In this document: positions 7,097-11,042 of the stretch, one piece after another
Layout of the letters: the number at the start of each line of letters is the position of its first letter
How positions within the stretch are numbered: position 1 is the first letter of the stretch
Origin: a virus
Lineage: Duplodnaviria; Heunggongvirae; Uroviricota; Caudoviricetes
Virus record (IMG/VR): IMGVR_UViG_2740892442_000010
Direction: 5' to 3' (one strand)
DNA length: 11,042 nt
Notes under the pieces: generated by a model
Told to the model about the DNA's origin: nothing
Databases searched by the model: none
Seen by the model: only the letters and a program-made list of their open reading frames with translations
Translations under genes and position numbers: made by a program

Positions 7097-7290
7097 CTTT
7101 ATTTGATTAATAATGCATCACTGCGGCCACGCTGCAGCGATTCCTTGTATCTGGAGCAAATTAAATGACAGATATTATAAATAGGAATTGTTATTTAATA
7201 ATATTTGAAAATGAAAATCATGGACGATAGGAATAAAAGTAGTACTTGTTATTTTTAAGTGACGCATTAAACGCATAAAGCATATGTCTG

Positions 7291-7319
7291 TTGATCAAGA
7301 TTCTTGCTTGTTGTAAAAT
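7291..7319 (+). promoter_or_regulatory. Candidate sigma70-type promoter upstream of the tailspike gene
   Basis: TTGATC (7291-7296), 17-nt spacer, TAAAAT (7314-7319); would give a leader of about 118 nt to the tailspike ATG. The region is AT-rich, so chance matches are likely. Confidence 0.25.
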
Positions 7320-7443
7320 AATTGTTTTGTTCATGTTGCATAGTTTTAAAGTGAATAGAAGATTATTTTTCAAAACAATTGCATCTTTGTCTGCAGTCAT
7401 TCCGTTTTCTTCAATATCTAAATTTTCAAACAGGATGACTAAT

Positions 7444-10176
7444 ATGCCTGATATAACTCCAAATGTTGTAATTGGGATGCCTTCTCAACTCTTCACTATG
7501 GCTCGTTCTTTTAAAGCCGTAGCTAATGGAAAAATTTATATCGGTAAAATTGACACTGACCCTGTAAATCCTGAAAACCAGATTCAGGTTTATGTAGAGA
7601 ATGAAGATGGTTCTCACGTTCCTGTTTCGCAACCAATCGTTATCAATGCTGCTGGATATCCTGTATATAACGGACAGATTGCCAAATTCGTTACTGTGAA
7701 AGGACACTCTATGGCTGTGTACGATGCTTATGGTACGCAGCAGTTCTATTTTCCGAATGTGCTGAAGTATGACCCGGATCAGTTACGGCAGCAATTAGAA
7801 GATCCTGATGGTGCTAAAAAATACCCTGAATTACAGATTGCACGATGGCGGGATGATAAAGACGTTCGCGGGTGGGGGGCGGATGACTCTGGGAATAGAG
7901 ATTCAACACAGGCTTTTCTTGACGCCGCATCTAGCGCAGGAAATAGTGGTTTGGTTCATGTGCCTTCTGGTGAGTTTATAGTTGATGCATCGAAAATAGA
8001 TATTTCACGCTTCTCCGGTGATGGTGTTCTAATCAGTAATGGTGTTCGCATTTCTGTTAATCCGCCGATGCAAAGTTTCTCCATTGGACAAAGAAAACTT
8101 GCGACCCTGAATTTTGGTGATGATATCAATGCGCCAACTATATATGCGAATGCACAAAATGCATTGCAGGGAATAGCTTGTGTAAGGCATGAAGGTATTG
8201 AGAAGGTTTTTATCACTCAACAGGTTGGAGGTTCTAACTGGGGAACGGACACCCTCACAAGGATCAGTGAGTGGCACTATACAAGCGATGGTTCAACTCT
8301 TTATGTTGTGACATTTACAGAGCCATTGCCTCTTGGTCACGGTTCAGATCTTTCTGCCACAATAGAGAACGGTGAACTATATCTGTTTACAACAACAATT
8401 GCTGAGACTGGTTCCTCTCTAGGAGGGAAGGGGTATTCAAAGACAAAATGGAAAGGGGCATCAACATCTGCTGAAGATATAACTCATTACCGAGTATTTG
8501 GTGAGCCGGGTGATAATAATCTGATTAACCTTGCGCAGCGGGCAAGTATTTGTGTATCTAATGATGGGCGATATGTCATATTAATTGCGACATCAAACGC
8601 TGGGACTGGCCGCTTTTTATACGTATATGATCGCAAAGAAGTGGAATCTTCTTCTAACCCAATGAAAGTTAGACCGATTAATGGTCCTGTTCCACTTGTC
8701 CGTGGTAAAGGTCAGTATGGTGCAACACTTCAGGGTATTACATCAGATAGCAGATATATTTACACAATTTGGGGTGGCGTTCCTGCAAGATGCGTAAGGA
8801 CAGTACAGATTTATGATATGGGTGGTACGCTAATACGTTCATTTCCTGTATCACTTGCCGCATCACTTTATACAGAGACTCAGTTAAATGGTTCTGACTC
8901 TAAAATCGGAGTTCCGGTTAGCTTTGAGCCTGAAGGGCTGGCAATAAGAGGTGATGAACTTGTCTGTGGTGCTATGGATGTATGGAAAAGCGCAGGGGAT
9001 GTTGTAAGCCATCGTGGTAAAAATTGGGTAAGTATTGTTACTGGTGATAACAAGGGAAATCTTCCGACAAACAGGTCTTATTGGTTAAAAACATCGCTTG
9101 CAGCGACAAGTGGTGAATGGGATTCAGGCGCAACATATAAATCAGGTGATTATACTCGCAGAAATAAGCATCTGTTTGGAATAGCAAACCTGTCTGATAT
9201 TCTTGGCAACCATCCAGTGCATGGTGCAGAATCCGATCCGTATACCGGAACCGCGCATCAATATTATGCTGGAACTGATATCGCCTTTAACCGTGAGCAC
9301 GGTTCATTTACTATTGCGATATTTGACGAAGCCATTGGAGAGTATACCAAATCCCTCGAGTTGAATTATGGAAATAACCTTAACCTGTTTGATACAGATT
9401 ACGGACATGACAATAATTCATGGGTAAGTACGAAAGCAGTATTCGACTCAAACTTTCGAGGTATGCAGTTCCGTTCTAAAGATGGGAATACTGCGGGTGG
9501 TGCTTATATTGATATCCATGCTGCTGATTGTCCATCTGCGGCTGGTGAGTTGATACTTGCCTCTACAGATGGAGGTGTCGTCAGACTTAAGCAGGGGAAT
9601 GTAACAGTATTTTCTGCGACTAAAGATACTACATCGACATGGGCGACGACGACATTAAGGCCAACAACTGATAACCAGGTATCACTTGGAAGGTCCGTTA
9701 ACCGCTTTTCTCAGGTCTACGCAGGGACTGCAACTATAAATACATCTGATGCAACAGAGAAAACGGAAGTCAGAACTCTTTCCGATAAAGAGCAGGCGGT
9801 TGGGTTAGCTCTTGTTGATGAAATTGGTTTTTATCAATGGCTTGATAGTGTAAAAAATAAGGGAGCTGATGCCAGACTTCATGCCGGACTTACGGTGCAA
9901 CGGGCAATGGAAATATTCAGAGAGAATGGACTTGATCCATTTAAATACGGAGCGATCTGCTATGACAGATGGGATGCATATACAGATACAGATCCAGCTG
10001 TTTATGATGATGAAGGTAACCTTGTTCGTGAGGCTATAACTATTACGCATGAAGCAGGAGAACGCTATGCATTCAGAAATGATGAATTACAGTATCTAAT
10101 GATTGCTGCATTAGGTATACGTCAGAAAAATATTATAAAGAGGATTGAAGAACTGGAAAATAAGCTTGCAAATTAA
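7444..10176 (+). CDS. Phage tailspike protein, mosaic: P22-type N-terminal head-binding domain, divergent receptor-binding/enzymatic body, C-terminal intramolecular-chaperone-like (peptidase S74-type) domain; 910 aa
   Basis: Start set at the ATG at 7444, with AGGA 8 nt upstream; the ORF track's upstream extension from 7291 is AT-rich and non-protein-like. The first about 115 aa ([59 protein letters not shown]...NVLKYDPDQ) closely match the P22 gp9 head-binding domain ([34 protein letters not shown]..., recalled), and similarity ends right after KYDPDQ. The C-terminal about 143 aa from Ser at 9745-9747 ([10 protein letters not shown]...) fit the S-D-x-x-x-K pattern of autocleaving chaperone domains. 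Confidence 0.85.
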   Translation: MPDITPNVVIGMPSQLFTMARSFKAVANGKIYIGKIDTDPVNPENQIQVYVENEDGSHVPVSQPIVINAAGYPVYNGQIAKFVTVKGHSMAVYDAYGTQQFYFPNVLKYDPDQLRQQLEDPDGAKKYPELQIARWRDDKDVRGWGADDSGNRDSTQAFLDAASSAGNSGLVHVPSGEFIVDASKIDISRFSGDGVLISNGVRISVNPPMQSFSIGQRKLATLNFGDDINAPTIYANAQNALQGIACVRHEGIEKVFITQQVGGSNWGTDTLTRISEWHYTSDGSTLYVVTFTEPLPLGHGSDLSATIENGELYLFTTTIAETGSSLGGKGYSKTKWKGASTSAEDITHYRVFGEPGDNNLINLAQRASICVSNDGRYVILIATSNAGTGRFLYVYDRKEVESSSNPMKVRPINGPVPLVRGKGQYGATLQGITSDSRYIYTIWGGVPARCVRTVQIYDMGGTLIRSFPVSLAASLYTETQLNGSDSKIGVPVSFEPEGLAIRGDELVCGAMDVWKSAGDVVSHRGKNWVSIVTGDNKGNLPTNRSYWLKTSLAATSGEWDSGATYKSGDYTRRNKHLFGIANLSDILGNHPVHGAESDPYTGTAHQYYAGTDIAFNREHGSFTIAIFDEAIGEYTKSLELNYGNNLNLFDTDYGHDNNSWVSTKAVFDSNFRGMQFRSKDGNTAGGAYIDIHAADCPSAAGELILASTDGGVVRLKQGNVTVFSATKDTTSTWATTTLRPTTDNQVSLGRSVNRFSQVYAGTATINTSDATEKTEVRTLSDKEQAVGLALVDEIGFYQWLDSVKNKGADARLHAGLTVQRAMEIFRENGLDPFKYGAICYDRWDAYTDTDPAVYDDEGNLVREAITITHEAGERYAFRNDELQYLMIAALGIRQKNIIKRIEELENKLAN

Positions 10177-10258
10177 CTATTTTACTGACACCTTAAGTCT
10201 CAATATTACCAATTGAAGTCTATGTTTTTTGGGTGTTTTAGTAATTTGTTATAGATAA

Positions 10259-10297
10259 ATGTCACTCCTTAAAGATATCGCATTCTAGGAGTGACAT
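10259..10297. other. Perfect 11-bp inverted repeat (ATGTCACTCCT / AGGAGTGACAT) with 17-nt loop in the convergent intergenic region
   Basis: Arms at 10259-10269 and 10287-10297 are exactly complementary, lying between the tailspike stop (10176) and the acetyltransferase stop (10332). No adjacent U-tract on either strand, so it is not a canonical intrinsic terminator. Confidence 0.4.
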
Positions 10298-10331
10298 GTG
10301 ATTTACTTGTCGTTCAATATATGGTGTGTTT

Positions 10332-11042
10332 TTATTGTTTTTCTTTTGTTAGGTTCCAATATTCACTTGTGGTTTTTATGGAGTCCTTATTAGGCTTTAC
10401 ATAAGGTTTATGTATGGAGAGATGAGGTCTTTCCCAGGCAATGTCTTTTTTTATTACTCTTGCTGGAACTCCTGCTGCAATAGAGTTATTTGGGACGTGT
10501 CCTTTAACAACAGCTGCATAGCCAATAACACTACCACTTTCGATTTCTGCACCACCAAGTATTGCCGCTCGGCGGCCAACCCAGACATGACTTCCAATAT
10601 AAATAGATTTTGGCATATTTATACGTTCACCTGTTACTACACTAAAAATAGGGTGGGAGTCATCAGTTTTAACTTCATTTCCACTTGAAAACATGCAGTC
10701 ATCGCCAATAATTATGCTTGAGTTTTCTACAGCAGAAATCATACCTTTACCAGTGCAAGTGAAATCAGAGCCTATTTTTATGGAGGAATTCTCACCCACT
10801 CTTATATGGGCTTGTATACCTTTGTTTGCGATATGGCATGGGCCAATTTCAAAATACCCATTGTTGCAGTCAAAATATATCTCAAAATATTTTAATGATG
10901 CATCTTTATGAATGATAAGTTTATTATTAGATCCTCTAAACTGAATTAGTTTGACGTCACAACTACCTTCGTACTGGATCTCATTACCCATTTCATCAGA
11001 ATACTTCTCTGCTTTTGTTAAAACAACTTTTCTAATTTTCAT
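10332..11042 (-). CDS. Hexapeptide-repeat (left-handed beta-helix) acetyltransferase; start coincides with the window edge, so the 5' end may extend beyond
   Basis: The C-terminal half IGSHVWVGRRAAILGGAEIESGSVIGYAAVVKGHVPNNSIAAGVPARVIKK shows the [LIV]-G-x4 hexapeptide periodicity and the AAGVPARVI ending typical of the LacA/Maa/NodL/WbbJ-like O-acetyltransferase family. Visibly AT-rich coding sequence. The ATG at 11040-11042 is the last codon in the window. Confidence 0.75.
   Translation of the reverse strand: MKIRKVVLTKAEKYSDEMGNEIQYEGSCDVKLIQFRGSNNKLIIHKDASLKYFEIYFDCNNGYFEIGPCHIANKGIQAHIRVGENSSIKIGSDFTCTGKGMISAVENSSIIIGDDCMFSSGNEVKTDDSHPIFSVVTGERINMPKSIYIGSHVWVGRRAAILGGAEIESGSVIGYAAVVKGHVPNNSIAAGVPARVIKKDIAWERPHLSIHKPYVKPNKDSIKTTSEYWNLTKEKQ

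Noticed and set aside
7291-7443. N-terminal extension of the tailspike ORF ([14 protein letters not shown]...) offered by the six-frame track
   Set aside because: AT-rich with an implausible translation; the P22-type tailspike N-terminus begins at the ATG at 7444, which has a properly spaced AGGA.
7426-10050. Minus-strand ORFs inside the tailspike gene (7426-7707, 7956-8216, 8029-8277, 9805-10050)
   Set aside because: Antisense to a long, well-supported gene; the AT-rich sequence generates open frames by chance.
10410-10911. Plus-strand ORFs antisense to the acetyltransferase gene
   Set aside because: Cys/Asn-rich nonsense translations antisense to a gene with clear hexapeptide-repeat signature.
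10332-11042. Specific identification of the acetyltransferase as NeuO (K1 polysialic acid O-acetyltransferase)
   Set aside because: The visible 5' end (ATGAAAATTAGAAAAGTTGTT...) lacks the AAGACTC heptanucleotide repeats characteristic of neuO and I cannot verify sequence identity from memory; kept only as an analogy.
1-11042. CRISPR arrays, rRNA/tRNA genes, IS elements or transposase genes
   Set aside because: No regularly spaced direct repeats, no tRNA-like cloverleaf candidates and no transposase-like ORFs were seen on either strand.

Overview
This window reads as a heavily deleted P22-like (lambdoid podovirus) prophage remnant in an enterobacterial chromosome. All protein identities are recalled from memory of P22 family sequences and motifs; no database search was run. 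Left to right: (1) the 3' end of a tyrosine integrase gene on the + strand; (2) a minus-strand early-left 'ea'-type operon (AlpA/Xis-like HTH protein, a hypothetical protein, a zinc-ribbon protein, an Ead/Ea22-DUF551 protein, two small coupled ORFs, a DEDD-type exonuclease-like ORF); (3) a deletion scar at about 3.1-3.3 kb that fuses a terminase-large-subunit N-terminal fragment in frame to the C-terminal helical part of a P22-type portal, followed by an apparently intact scaffolding gene and a 3'-truncated coat gene; (4) a divergent pair of exported-protein genes (signal-peptide protein, lipoprotein) where P22 carries sieA; (5) an orphan Mnt repressor gene with a perfect palindrome upstream, arc and ant absent; (6) an AT-rich spacer and an intact 910-aa mosaic tailspike gene (P22-type N-terminal head-binding domain, divergent body, C-terminal chaperone-like domain); (7) a convergent hexapeptide-repeat acetyltransferase gene running off the right edge. 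No rRNA, tRNA, CRISPR array or IS element was recognised. The candidates most worth follow-up are the exported-protein pair, the orphan Mnt-tailspike arrangement, the mosaic tailspike and the tailspike-linked acetyltransferase.
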